Notes under the pieces: model-generated | What the model was told of the DNA's origin: nothing | The model's input: only the letters and a program-made list of their open reading frames with translations | Databases searched by the model: none | From: an uncultured Planctomycetia bacterium | GTDB lineage: Bacteria > Omnitrophota > Gorgyraeia > 2-02-FULL-51-18 | Reading direction: 5' to 3' | Length of the DNA stretch: 64,000 nt | Assembly (NCBI GenBank): GCA_964606485.1 | Contig: CAZSGP010000005.1 | Coordinates: 11,649 to 75,648 of the forward strand | Translations under genes and position numbers: made by a program | Shown: piece by piece, positions 17,500-27,885 of the stretch | Numbering within the stretch: position 1 is the first letter of the stretch | How the letters are laid out: each line of letters opens with the position of its first letter

Positions 17500-17534
17500 A
17501 TCGGGGTAAACGCTTCTTTTTCTATAGGGGAAAT
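17500..17534 (-). promoter_or_regulatory. Bipartite direct-repeat motif, site a (ATCGGGGTAAAC-N13-TATAGGGGAAA)
   Basis: Member of the 11-copy motif family. It overlaps the stop of the giant gene and lies about 35 nt upstream of the start at 17465. Confidence 0.4.
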
Positions 17535-20500
17535 GACGCGGGGATCTGAACCTCGACCCTGTGTGTTTTGCGGTCATCGATCAGCGGTATCGTCATTTCA
17601 CTGCAAAGAACACCGTCGACTCTCACACTGCTACGCTGCTCCTCCTCGGTCTGTGAAATAGCAATCTGGTAGAGCGTCTTCTTGTAGTGATAATTCATTT
17701 TTAACGATTTCCAATCCACAGGAAGACAAGGCTTAAAAGTGAGTTTGTCTGCCTCGAGCTTTAGTCCTAGCAACGATTCGATAATCAGTCGGTACATGCC
17801 GCCTGCTGAGCCGGTATACCAGGTCCATCCGCCGCGGCCGGTGTGGGGCTCGAGCGCATAGACGTCAGCGGCGGCAACATAAGGCTCTACCTTGTAAGTC
17901 GAAATTTTTTCTGGGGTCGCCGAACGGTTGACCGGATTCATCATTCTCATGAGTTGCCAGGCGCGCTCATTATCCCCGAGATCTGCAAATGCCATCGCAG
18001 CCCAGATCGCCGCGTGCGTGTACTGTCCGCCATTTTCTCGAACACCCGGAATATACCCTTTGATATAACCGGGATTTAAATTAGATTTATCAAACGGTGG
18101 ATCAAGTAGTTGAATTAATCCGCTTTCTCTATGAATGAGACGCTGATCGAGCGCCGACATAGCTTGTTGAGCGCGTGCGTGACTGGCCGCTCCAGAGAGC
18201 ACGCTCCAACTTTGGGAGACAGAATCGATTTGGCACTCCACATTCTTTTTAGAACCGAGTGGCGAGCCATCATCAAAATAAGCACGCAGATACCACTCGC
18301 CGTCCCAACCGTACTGCTCGAGATTTTTCTGGAGTTTCTGGGCCTCGACCCGACAGCGCTCTACAAAAACGGCGTCCCCTCTTTTTTCGGCGATTTGTGC
18401 AAATTGCGTGAGCACTTCATAAAGGAAAAATCCCAGCCAAACACTTTCTCCTTTGCCGTGAATACCGACTAAATTCATGCCGTCATTCCAGTCGCCGCTT
18501 CCCATTAACGGCAAACCATGTTCACCAAATTGAAAATTTTTTAAGATGGAGCGTGTGCAGTGCTCGTACAAACTCGCTATTTCTTTTGAAGGACTAGGCG
18601 CATCGTAATACGATTCTTCTGATGCTTGAAGCGGCCGCCCCTCCAGAAAAAGAACCGGTGCATCCAATATCCCGGTGTCCCCGGTACCGCTCACGTACCG
18701 GTGCGTGGCCCACGCGAGCCAGAGAGAGTCATCCGAGCAGCGCGTGCGTACTCCGCGTCCCGACGGCGGATGCCACCAGTGCTGAACATCCCCTTCCTGA
18801 AATTGACGGCTCGCACAAAGAAGAATGTGCTCGCGCGCCAGATGCGGCTTCGCATGAATCAGTGCTGCCACGTCCTGCAATTGGTCTCGAAAACCAAAAG
18901 CTCCGCCGGATTGATAATGAGCGCTCCGGGCCCAGAGGCGGCACGCCAATGTTTGGTATAAAAGCCAGCCATTGGTGAGCACATTTAATGCCGGGTCAGG
19001 AGTTTCAATTTGAATAGTGCCAAGCGTCTCTTTCCAATATTGATTCACCTTTTCGAGCGCTTGACGCGCAGGAACAGATCCTCGGAAACGGTTCACCAAA
19101 TTTCGGACATCCTCAATACCCGACCCCGCTCCCAACATAAAAACAATTTCCCGTTCCTCTCCGCTTGCTAACCCGAAAGGAACTTGAATGGCTCCGCAGG
19201 GATCTAAAACCGCACCCACTTTTCCGGAAAGATGCGAAGATCTCATCGCAGCTGGATTTTTCATCGAGCCGTTACGCCCGATAAACTCGGTGCGATCACC
19301 ACTCACAGTACGCGATGTCTCGCTCACATCAAAAAAAGCAATGCGCTCGCCAAATTCCGGCACGTATGAATTTCGCGCGAAAAGCGCGCTCGTTTTGGAA
19401 TCTATTTCGGTCGTCACATGCATCACCGATTTTGACCGCAAGTCTCCAAGCACCCACTCCACGAAACCCGTCGCGGAAATCCGGCGCGGGCGGCCCGAAT
19501 GATTTTTTATTTTGAGTACGGAAAATTTCACCGCCGCGTCGAGCGCCACATAGACGCTTAGCTCTGAATAAAGTCCTTCTTCGAGATGTTCGAAAACACT
19601 GTATCCAAATCCGTGCCGGACAACGGAGGGTCCAAGACCTTGGGCGGGCATGGGTGTGGGAGACCAAAAGCGCCCCGTTTCTTCGTCCCGCAGGTAAATT
19701 GCCTCTCCGCTCACATCACTCACAAGATCGTTATTCCACGGCGTCAGACGAAACTCGTGAGCATTTTCATTCCAGGTATAAGCACTGCCATTTTCAGAAA
19801 TAACAGATCCAAAATGCGCATTAGCCAACACGTTTACCCACGGCAGCGGCGTTTTTTTTCCGGGCCCAAGATTCATGACGTATTCGCGCCCGTCCAATGT
19901 AAATCCACCTAGCCCATTAGAAAAAATAAGCTCGCGGCTCGGCAAACTTTTAAGTCCATCGCGCGAAATAACCGGGCTTTGAATTTTGGCAGGCAGGAAG
20001 CGTGACGTTTGCGCTTCTGTGGAAGCGCTACGATGAATTTGAACGGCTAACTTTCCTTGGTCATCCCTTATGATGGCGCGCGCGACCGATTGAAAGAGGA
20101 GTCGGTCCTCGTTGGATATTTGCTCCGAAGATCTCACAAAAATTCCTCCGGATCGATGCGATTTTTTCCCCTCTGCAATCCCGGCGATCAAACTCATAAT
20201 TTCTTCGTGAAGCGATTGTTGGTAGTCGCCATGATCTTCATTCCAGATCACGAGATCCACCGGCAAGCCCTTTAAACGCCAGTACGCGTACGCCTGAACC
20301 ATTTGACGCACAAGCTCCAAATTGACTAGCTCTCGAATCTGCACGAGAACAATCGGCAAGTCGCCCGAGATCGAATATCCCCACAAACCCGACTGACCCC
20401 TGCGATTTTTAATAAGAATATTGGGATCCGCACGCAAAGAAGCGTTGGTGTAAATCACGGAGTTCGCAATACGCCGGTACGTTTGGGCGTCCGATTCTGT

Positions 20501-23500
20501 AGCATTAATTTGCCGCAGCACCACTTGACCGTGCGTCCACGCGAGCTCCGAGACCCGATCCGCGAGCCGCCGGTCGTGATATTTCTCAATCAAACTTAAA
20601 GCCGCTTCGCGCGTTTCGCCGACACCGGTGACCATGTCCACCGTCGCCGATTGACCGGGCTCTAGAGTGAGCTGACACCGGATCGCGACAATTGGATCTA
20701 GCACTGAGCCTTGCGTCTCCGATAGCGCTGAAAGATCTTTCATTGCCTGAGGCTCCTCGAGTGTATTTCCGCGGCCGATGAATTTTAGTCGGTCCGTCTC
20801 GTAAGAAATTTTTTCAATTTTGGCTCCGTGTGCCGTCATCAAATGAAACATCCACGACACCTCTTCGTCCGAAGATCGCGGGCGGCGCGTGCAGAGAATG
20901 GATTGCAATCGGCTAATAATTTCAGTTTGGACAAAAAGATTGCTGAACGCAGGATGCAAAGCGTCCGAAGCACAGGGCGCCATCACCACCTCGGCGTAAC
21001 TTGTCACATCCAGTGTCTTGCGTGTCCGGGAACGGTTCGTGATGCGAAGCCGGCGCAATTCAATATCATCTTCCGGCGAAACAATCACCTCGTACTGGGT
21101 GTCAAAATCATGGTCGTGGCGTTGAAATTCCGCGCGGCCTTCTGAAAAAATAGCTTCGTAATTTTTTGGCCGCTTCAGAGTTGGTTGATAGGCCGCCGAC
21201 CAAAACTCTTGGCTCGTCAGATCACGGATGTAGCAAAAAGCGCCCCAGTTATCACACGTGCTATCCTCCCGCCACCGAGTCACCGCGAGATTTTTCCAAC
21301 GACTGTACCCGCCTCCCGCGTTTGTGACCATCACGTGATAACGACCGTTGGATAAAAGCTGCACTTCCGGCACCGCGGTGTCCGCATTTTTAAATCCTTG
21401 CACAGACGGCGGAGAATTACTGGAAGGCGCGCGAATTCCGGGCAGCTCAGTCGGGTGCGCGTGAAAGAGCGCCGCCTTTGGAACCCGTTCTTGGAGCAGC
21501 AACAGTGTGGCTTGAAACGGCGGGTCTGATTCAAACCGCTTTTGCATCAAAGGACCGAGCAACACATAAGCTAAGGAAAGTAAATTCATCCCCTGATGAT
21601 GTGCTAAATAAGATTGAAGAATCACTCCCTGCCCCCCGCGCCTTTTTCGGGAAGGTGTAAAATCAACCGCTTCATAAAATCCAAATTTTCCAAGCATTCC
21701 TTCGTCGGCCAGTCTCTGCAAATTTAAATAAGCGGCCTCATGGTTTACCATGAGTGCTAAATGCGTCGCATACGGAGCAATCACTAAATCGTCCGCAAGT
21801 CTCCGCTTCAGTCCCAGACCCGGCACGCCGAAAGCTCGGTACTGATAATTAAAATCGGAGTCCACCGTGTTGTAGCCGGATTCCGACACCCCCCATGGCA
21901 CCCCACGTTCTTTTCCATACTGTATTTGTTTTCTCACAACCGCTTTATAGGTCTGATTAAGGAGTGTGTTCGGATAAGCCGGCATGACTAAAAGCGGCAT
22001 GAGATATTCAAACATCGATCCGCTCCATGAAAGAAGAATGGAATCGCCTCCCGTGTTCGTTAAAAGGCGTCCGAGGGCAAACCAGTTTTCTTGCGAGATC
22101 TGACCCTGAGCAATCGCGACAAAACTACACAATCTGGCTTCCGACGCGAGCAGATCATAAAAACTCGGGTCGCGTCGCCGCTCATCGACGTTGTATCCAA
22201 TGGCTAAAAGGTGGCGTGTTTCGTCGTACAGAAAGCTGTATTCCATTCGAGCGCAATCGATGCATTGCAAAATAAGTTGCTCGATCAAGCGCAAACGATT
22301 TTTTGCGAGGACGCAGATTTCAGGGGCCGTTTCAAGCACTGACAATTCACGCAGCGTCGGAATACTAGCAAGCTTTGAGAGATCACCAAAAAAAACCAGC
22401 TCTTCTAAAGCGGAGCGACATTGAGCATCGAGCGCCCCTGACCACAAACCGGCTTGGCTGTCCCGGTGCTCGGAAAAATGTTGTTTTATTTCGCCGGCAC
22501 TTTTTGCGAGCGACTCCAAAAAATGTTTGGCAGAGACCGCTGTGATCGGTTTAAAATTCAAAGCGCTTTCCAGATCCCTCTGAAAGTTTGCGAGCGACTC
22601 CACCGTCCGGTCTTTGGCCTCCTCCCAAAAAACCTGAAAGGTATCACTCAAACCCTCGAACACGCGCGCGCTTAAAACCGGTTGGCCGCCAAGCGCCAAC
22701 AGCCCTTGTTGAAGCGTGATCAAATTAGCCGCGAGATTTCCGCTGTCCACCGTCGAGATATATCCGGGAATCAGAGGCTTAAGCGTTTGAGTGTCGTACC
22801 AATTATAGAAATGTCCCTGATGGCGCTTGAGTAGCGCCATCGTGCGCAGTGTGTTTTGAGTCCGCTCGAGCAGAACACTCATACCGGTGTAGCCAAAATC
22901 ATACGCCGACAAATTCGCGAGAAGCGAAAGTCCGATATTGGTCGGAGACGTTCGGTGAGCCACCCTCTCTAGCCGGTTTTCTTGAAAGTTATCGGGCGGC
23001 AACCAATGATCACCCGGCCCGACTAAATTCTCAAAGTAGGCCCACGTTTTTCGGCTCACCTTTCTTAAAAACCGAGCTTGGTCCTCCGTCATTTTTACAG
23101 AGTGTTGCAAAAGAGGACGGCTTATCCACCACGCCACCGCGGGTGAAACCATCCATAAAAATAAAATGGGAAGCGCCAAAACCAACACCTCACTTTTTAA
23201 TAGGAATAGATAAATCGTCATCGTCAAACTGATGAGAGGCGCTGCCCACATTAAACGGCAGGAAATCATTAAATCTTTTGAATCGTCGCAATGATGAGTA
23301 ACGGAGAGTTTCCATTCCAGAAGGCGTTTATGAGTAATCAGCATTCGGACCATCGTCCGCGCGATGGCGTCCAAACTCAGAAGCGCTTCATAAGGAAGAC
23401 AGCCTATTGCAAAAACAGCCTGAGCCAAACGTTGACCTATGGAACGAGCGAATGCGGCTAAATGATGACGCAGAAGAATTTCATCTGCTTTGCGGAAAAT

Positions 23501-26038
23501 TTCGAGAAACGAAAGTATTAAAGATGGGATTAAAATAATTCCGACGAGCAATAAAGTCCACTGCGCTGCCGCCGGCAAAACGATCCACCCGATTAAAAAT
23601 AAGAAGAGCTGCGCTACAGGGACGAGACTGCGCCGCAAATTATCAAAAATTTTCCACTGTGACAATCGGGAGATGGGGTTATTGATCCGATGCTCACCCA
23701 GACCTCGGACACTTGACCAGAGCCAGCGCACGAGTTGCCAATCGCCGCGAATCCAGCGATGCCGGCGGCGCACGTCAGTGTCGTAACGGGAAGGATATTC
23801 CTCGTAAAGCTGCACATCACTCAGTATTCCTGAGCGCAAATAACAACCCTCCAAAAGATCATGGCTTAATATTTGGCCGTTCGGGAAACGCCCTTTTAAA
23901 ACGCGTTTGAACATTTGGAGATCGTAAATGCCTTTACCCATAAACGAGCCTTCGCAAAAAACGTCCTGGTAAACATCGGAGACGGTGCGCGTATAAGGGT
24001 CAATCCCCGCTTCGCCCGCAAATAATTGTGCGTAAAGTGAGCGGCCGGCACCTGGAAGACTGACGCTCACCCGCGGCTGGAGAATTCCGTATCCTTCCAC
24101 GACGCACTGCCGAACCGCATCGTACCGGGGACGATTGAGCGGATGCGCCATGGCTCCAACCATTTGCCTCGCCGAACCACGCGGCAATTGAGTGTCTGTA
24201 TCCAAGGTGATCACGTATTTCACGTCCGATAAAACAACCGTGTCACCGACAATAAGCGAAAATCTATTTTTAAAATTACCGCACAAAAAGGAGTTTAAGT
24301 CCTCGAGTTTTCCGCGCTTTCGTTCGTGGCCCATCCAAATTTCATCTTGAGCATTCCAAACCCGCGGACGGTGAAAAAGAAAAAAGATGTCCCCTTTTTC
24401 GGACCTGTACTTTTGATTCAGGGTTTCAATATTTTTTTGGACAAGCTCGAGCAGCGGTCCATCTTCTTCAAGGTTTTTTCCCGATGCGTCTTGAAAATCC
24501 GTGAGCAGTGCAAAATGCAGATTTTCTCCCCGATTGGCCAAAAACCGGACTTCCAAAGCTTCGACTACGGCTTCAGCGCCCTGAGCGTTCGTGAGCATAG
24601 TAGGAACCACCACTAGTGTTCGAAGCTCCGGAGGAATTCCTCGAGACAAATCCATTCGCGGCAAAAGACGCGGCGCAACACACAGCATGGACAAAAAATT
24701 TACTAGCTCCACCGCGGGTTGACTCGTAAAAATAAATGTAAAAAAATAAATCAAACCCATCACCCAGGAAGGAACGCCACTCGTCAGAACGTGTGACAGA
24801 AGACCCGCAGTTAACGTTCCCGTAATCAATAAAATGACGCTTAGGTAAAGAGTGAGTGGAAATTGGGCCATCGTCTTTAAAAAACGGTCTGTCATTGACG
24901 GCCGCATTTGAACGCTGCGTTCGAGACTCAAAACCCCTTTATCGATAAGATAAAATCCAACGTCGGCCGCTCTGCCATTATCTCCTTCCGGCGGAGGACT
25001 TTCGCAGGTCAATCGGATCGCTCGACGCGCCACTTCCTCTTCGGAAAAACTGCTTTTTTTAGCAATTCTTTCCACCGCGTGCCGGTAACGGTCGCGGGTC
25101 GCAAAATCCATCTTTGAATAAATTCCGCTAGGTTCCTTTTGCAGGCACCGCTCGACGGCACTGTTGGTTTCAACAAACTCGCTCCAGTCCATCGTCCTCA
25201 GCAAACGAAGACTGCCGATGCTGTTGCTCACGGAAATTTGATCCGCCGCTTGCTTCTGATTCTCCTGAGCGACCAATTGTTGGATGGTAAAATTGGATTC
25301 GGATAACCGGTGTTTGATCCAATTGAGCGTCAGTGCCGGTTCCAGATTGTGTTCTTGCAGCAAACGCGCAAGTTCTGCCACAAACGAAGCAGACATCGGT
25401 GGGTTTGATCGCACCATGTCTGCCACCACCAACATCAGGCTTTTTGGATCTTTATGGGCCATTTCAATCATCTGATCTGCCCAAAAATTAGCTAGATTTC
25501 GATCATTCCGGTCAGCGGCAATCGAAGACCCCACTCTCCTAAAATTTTCTATAAGAGCCAAGCGCAGCATGATGGGAATCGCCCACAATTCGCCGAGCTT
25601 AAGAACCGAAATCTCCTGGTAAGATGCGATAAAACCGCCCAAACTTTCAGGGTCCACCCGCCCATCTCCATGCGAGATGGTTTCCAAAGCGATGTCGTAA
25701 ACCCGCGGAAGCATGGCAGACGGATCTTTGGCCAAACGAGGCAGCTCACGGCTGTAATTTTTTGGCAAATGTCGTTTTGCTGTTTGAATTTGTTCCTCGA
25801 TCAGATAAAAATTATCCAACAGCCATTCCTCGGCAGGTGAAATATGGCGTCCCGCCTGTGCTGTTGCGGACAAAAGGGATCCTATCTTCGTCAGGATTTT
25901 TTCATTGTTCTTGAGGCGCGCGAGAAGTAATTCTGGAGTTTTTTTGGAGACCAAGTGATGCGAGCCCGCCAGCGTTTTTCCGTGCTGCTTCATTTGATCG
26001 GTGCTAAACAATTCCGATCTTAGCGGCGGCTCGCGCAT
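17522..26038 (-). CDS. Cyclic beta-1,2-glucan synthase-like giant protein (NdvB/ChvB/Cgs family: membrane GT84 + glucoamylase-like (alpha/alpha)6 + C-terminal GH94 phosphorylase)
   Basis: Single 2838-aa ORF. The GT region has LVVVPTML...FALLTDFQDA...WMGHERKRGKLEDLN and is flanked by TM clusters. The middle region has NIGLSLLANLSAYDFGY and LLSWSGSMFEYLMP. The C-terminal GH94-like region has GWDGEWYLRAYFDDG. Length and domain order match NdvB/Cgs. Confidence 0.8.
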   Translation of the reverse strand: MREPPLRSELFSTDQMKQHGKTLAGSHHLVSKKTPELLLARLKNNEKILTKIGSLLSATAQAGRHISPAEEWLLDNFYLIEEQIQTAKRHLPKNYSRELPRLAKDPSAMLPRVYDIALETISHGDGRVDPESLGGFIASYQEISVLKLGELWAIPIMLRLALIENFRRVGSSIAADRNDRNLANFWADQMIEMAHKDPKSLMLVVADMVRSNPPMSASFVAELARLLQEHNLEPALTLNWIKHRLSESNFTIQQLVAQENQKQAADQISVSNSIGSLRLLRTMDWSEFVETNSAVERCLQKEPSGIYSKMDFATRDRYRHAVERIAKKSSFSEEEVARRAIRLTCESPPPEGDNGRAADVGFYLIDKGVLSLERSVQMRPSMTDRFLKTMAQFPLTLYLSVILLITGTLTAGLLSHVLTSGVPSWVMGLIYFFTFIFTSQPAVELVNFLSMLCVAPRLLPRMDLSRGIPPELRTLVVVPTMLTNAQGAEAVVEALEVRFLANRGENLHFALLTDFQDASGKNLEEDGPLLELVQKNIETLNQKYRSEKGDIFFLFHRPRVWNAQDEIWMGHERKRGKLEDLNSFLCGNFKNRFSLIVGDTVVLSDVKYVITLDTDTQLPRGSARQMVGAMAHPLNRPRYDAVRQCVVEGYGILQPRVSVSLPGAGRSLYAQLFAGEAGIDPYTRTVSDVYQDVFCEGSFMGKGIYDLQMFKRVLKGRFPNGQILSHDLLEGCYLRSGILSDVQLYEEYPSRYDTDVRRRHRWIRGDWQLVRWLWSSVRGLGEHRINNPISRLSQWKIFDNLRRSLVPVAQLFLFLIGWIVLPAAAQWTLLLVGIILIPSLILSFLEIFRKADEILLRHHLAAFARSIGQRLAQAVFAIGCLPYEALLSLDAIARTMVRMLITHKRLLEWKLSVTHHCDDSKDLMISCRLMWAAPLISLTMTIYLFLLKSEVLVLALPILFLWMVSPAVAWWISRPLLQHSVKMTEDQARFLRKVSRKTWAYFENLVGPGDHWLPPDNFQENRLERVAHRTSPTNIGLSLLANLSAYDFGYTGMSVLLERTQNTLRTMALLKRHQGHFYNWYDTQTLKPLIPGYISTVDSGNLAANLITLQQGLLALGGQPVLSARVFEGLSDTFQVFWEEAKDRTVESLANFQRDLESALNFKPITAVSAKHFLESLAKSAGEIKQHFSEHRDSQAGLWSGALDAQCRSALEELVFFGDLSKLASIPTLRELSVLETAPEICVLAKNRLRLIEQLILQCIDCARMEYSFLYDETRHLLAIGYNVDERRRDPSFYDLLASEARLCSFVAIAQGQISQENWFALGRLLTNTGGDSILLSWSGSMFEYLMPLLVMPAYPNTLLNQTYKAVVRKQIQYGKERGVPWGVSESGYNTVDSDFNYQYRAFGVPGLGLKRRLADDLVIAPYATHLALMVNHEAAYLNLQRLADEGMLGKFGFYEAVDFTPSRKRRGGQGVILQSYLAHHQGMNLLSLAYVLLGPLMQKRFESDPPFQATLLLLQERVPKAALFHAHPTELPGIRAPSSNSPPSVQGFKNADTAVPEVQLLSNGRYHVMVTNAGGGYSRWKNLAVTRWREDSTCDNWGAFCYIRDLTSQEFWSAAYQPTLKRPKNYEAIFSEGRAEFQRHDHDFDTQYEVIVSPEDDIELRRLRITNRSRTRKTLDVTSYAEVVMAPCASDALHPAFSNLFVQTEIISRLQSILCTRRPRSSDEEVSWMFHLMTAHGAKIEKISYETDRLKFIGRGNTLEEPQAMKDLSALSETQGSVLDPIVAIRCQLTLEPGQSATVDMVTGVGETREAALSLIEKYHDRRLADRVSELAWTHGQVVLRQINATESDAQTYRRIANSVIYTNASLRADPNILIKNRRGQSGLWGYSISGDLPIVLVQIRELVNLELVRQMVQAYAYWRLKGLPVDLVIWNEDHGDYQQSLHEEIMSLIAGIAEGKKSHRSGGIFVRSSEQISNEDRLLFQSVARAIIRDDQGKLAVQIHRSASTEAQTSRFLPAKIQSPVISRDGLKSLPSRELIFSNGLGGFTLDGREYVMNLGPGKKTPLPWVNVLANAHFGSVISENGSAYTWNENAHEFRLTPWNNDLVSDVSGEAIYLRDEETGRFWSPTPMPAQGLGPSVVRHGFGYSVFEHLEEGLYSELSVYVALDAAVKFSVLKIKNHSGRPRRISATGFVEWVLGDLRSKSVMHVTTEIDSKTSALFARNSYVPEFGERIAFFDVSETSRTVSGDRTEFIGRNGSMKNPAAMRSSHLSGKVGAVLDPCGAIQVPFGLASGEEREIVFMLGAGSGIEDVRNLVNRFRGSVPARQALEKVNQYWKETLGTIQIETPDPALNVLTNGWLLYQTLACRLWARSAHYQSGGAFGFRDQLQDVAALIHAKPHLAREHILLCASRQFQEGDVQHWWHPPSGRGVRTRCSDDSLWLAWATHRYVSGTGDTGILDAPVLFLEGRPLQASEESYYDAPSPSKEIASLYEHCTRSILKNFQFGEHGLPLMGSGDWNDGMNLVGIHGKGESVWLGFFLYEVLTQFAQIAEKRGDAVFVERCRVEAQKLQKNLEQYGWDGEWYLRAYFDDGSPLGSKKNVECQIDSVSQSWSVLSGAASHARAQQAMSALDQRLIHRESGLIQLLDPPFDKSNLNPGYIKGYIPGVRENGGQYTHAAIWAAMAFADLGDNERAWQLMRMMNPVNRSATPEKISTYKVEPYVAAADVYALEPHTGRGGWTWYTGSAGGMYRLIIESLLGLKLEADKLTFKPCLPVDWKSLKMNYHYKKTLYQIAISQTEEEQRSSVRVDGVLCSEMTIPLIDDRKTHRVEVQIPASFPL

Positions 26039-26044
26039 CGACTT

Positions 26045-26839
26045 TTATTCGATAGCCTGAAATAAACGAAAAAGATCTAGCTTGTAATCCACTACTTTAA
26101 TTTGAAACTTGTCATGACGGCCGTGAGACACCGTATAAGGCTCGACACTTTTCACAACCGTTTCAATCTTCAGACGTTTGTCGTTTATTTTCCGCGCGAG
26201 GAGAACCGCCTCTACCACGTCTCTCTTGTCGTTTGAAAAATAAATCTCCATCGCCGTATCATTTTTAAGAACCGCGGCGATTAATTTATAATTTTCAATC
26301 ACACTGGGCCGCTTTTTAGGAAACATAAAATGAGCCACGAACACTCCGCCGAGTCTTAGTTGATTAAAGAGATTATTCCAAACCCCCAAAGGATCCTCGT
26401 GGTAATACAGACCGCACATCGCGGTGATGAGGTCCGCCCCACCCGGTATAACCACTGTTTTCATATCGCCTTGAATAAACTGAAACGATTTCTTGTGGAG
26501 CAATTTTTCTAATTTCTTATCGTCATATTTTTTTCTCAAGTCAATCATGTCTTCCTCGGGAAGATTTTTCTCATCCCACGGAATCAAGTCGACGCCAACA
26601 GGGTCAATCCGGTCGCCATACTCTTCAACACCCTGATGCAAAGCCACACCCGCGCCTGACGGAACGTCGGCCCATCGTGTGCACTGTTGACCCGCCTGAC
26701 GGTGCAAGTAACTCCGGATTCTAAAATGCGATCCGCATTCCTCAAGCCTTAAATCATAATCTTCGATGGTCCGGAATTTTTGACTGTACCGCTGGACTTT
26801 CAACTGTTCTTGATAGATTTCATTCGAAGTGACACTCAT
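26045..26839 (-). CDS. Putative SAM-dependent methyltransferase-like protein
   Basis: Weak Rossmann-type motifs DVPSGAGVAL, ADLITAMCGLYY and LRLGGVFVAHF. It lies immediately upstream of the cgs-like gene with a 7-nt gap. Confidence 0.35.
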   Translation of the reverse strand: MSVTSNEIYQEQLKVQRYSQKFRTIEDYDLRLEECGSHFRIRSYLHRQAGQQCTRWADVPSGAGVALHQGVEEYGDRIDPVGVDLIPWDEKNLPEEDMIDLRKKYDDKKLEKLLHKKSFQFIQGDMKTVVIPGGADLITAMCGLYYHEDPLGVWNNLFNQLRLGGVFVAHFMFPKKRPSVIENYKLIAAVLKNDTAMEIYFSNDKRDVVEAVLLARKINDKRLKIETVVKSVEPYTVSHGRHDKFQIKVVDYKLDLFRLFQAIE

Positions 26840-27885
26840 TCTGACCCCCAGGCTTCACGGTTCGTGAATTTCCAAATAATCTCTCCTTGTTCCGTCGCCG
26901 GTCCCTTCAGCCCCAAAACAAGCCTTCGTGTTAGAGTAAATTTTTCAAGAAACTGCTGGATTATGATCGAAATCAATACGCCGCAAACCACGTACGCCGT
27001 AAACTGAACGATTGTGTTATGAAGGTGATTATTTTCAAATACGGCTCTTAAGCCCGAAACAACCATCCGGTTTAAAATGTGAATTCCAAAGGCGAAATAT
27101 CCGATGCGCGCAAGCACCCCATTTTCCGGTCTGAAATAAATCAGAAGCGGCACCGCTGAAAAACTAACTAGAAGTCCGACCATGTGATGCGCTTTCTCCG
27201 GCAAGAAAGGTTTTAGAAATAAAGCAACCCAAAGCAGTCCGCTGAAAAATGCAACCGTTCCATAAGCGATAATCGCTTTCTTTAAAAACAACTGCTTCGA
27301 AAACCGGCGGATGCCGTAGCCCATGAGAAAAAAGGGCATCAAGTAATTCACGCCAAAAAGAGAAAAAGCGTGCGGCGGCGTGATGAGCAAACTCGATGCG
27401 AGACTGAGCGTGAGCCACACAGACCACTTGAGAGGCGTGTTCAGTAAATTAAGCGCGTCCATCACGCCGATCAAAATAAAAATTTCAAAGATCGAGTAAA
27501 GAAACCAAAGCTGTTCATGCGGCCAGATATAAACCCGGTAGAGATCCTGGAGCGGCGGGTGATTTTGCATTGGAAGCAGGGAAAAAACGATGTACTGAAT
27601 AGTCGACACAACGAGAAACGGCACAAAAATCCGCGAGGCTTTTCCCTGAACGAGTCTTCTAAACCCTTCTTGGGTGGCCGGTGTTGCCGCATACAAATAC
27701 GCTGAGATGACGGTAAAAAGCGGCATTCGGATCGGGGTAAATAAATAATAAAAAAAACGAAGCGCTGAGGCCGCCATCCCCGTATGACTTGCACGCGTAA
27801 TGTCCTGAGTAATGATGTAACCTGCCACAACCAGCAATATGGCAAAACCTCTCAACGTCTCAATGGACTGGTCTTTTTGTTTCAT
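26836..27885 (-). CDS. Acyltransferase family 3 (OpgC/Cgm-like membrane O-acyltransferase)
   Basis: N-terminal signature LRGFAILLVVAGYI and about 10 TM segments. The start is taken at MKQKDQ (27885), which overlaps the galE stop as ATGA. Confidence 0.75.
   Translation of the reverse strand: MKQKDQSIETLRGFAILLVVAGYIITQDITRASHTGMAASALRFFYYLFTPIRMPLFTVISAYLYAATPATQEGFRRLVQGKASRIFVPFLVVSTIQYIVFSLLPMQNHPPLQDLYRVYIWPHEQLWFLYSIFEIFILIGVMDALNLLNTPLKWSVWLTLSLASSLLITPPHAFSLFGVNYLMPFFLMGYGIRRFSKQLFLKKAIIAYGTVAFFSGLLWVALFLKPFLPEKAHHMVGLLVSFSAVPLLIYFRPENGVLARIGYFAFGIHILNRMVVSGLRAVFENNHLHNTIVQFTAYVVCGVLISIIIQQFLEKFTLTRRLVLGLKGPATEQGEIIWKFTNREAWGSE

Noticed and set aside
17843-25749. Multiple 60-127-aa ORFs on either strand within the 8.5-kb gene
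   Set aside because: All are contained within the single continuous 2838-aa reading frame with coherent domain architecture.
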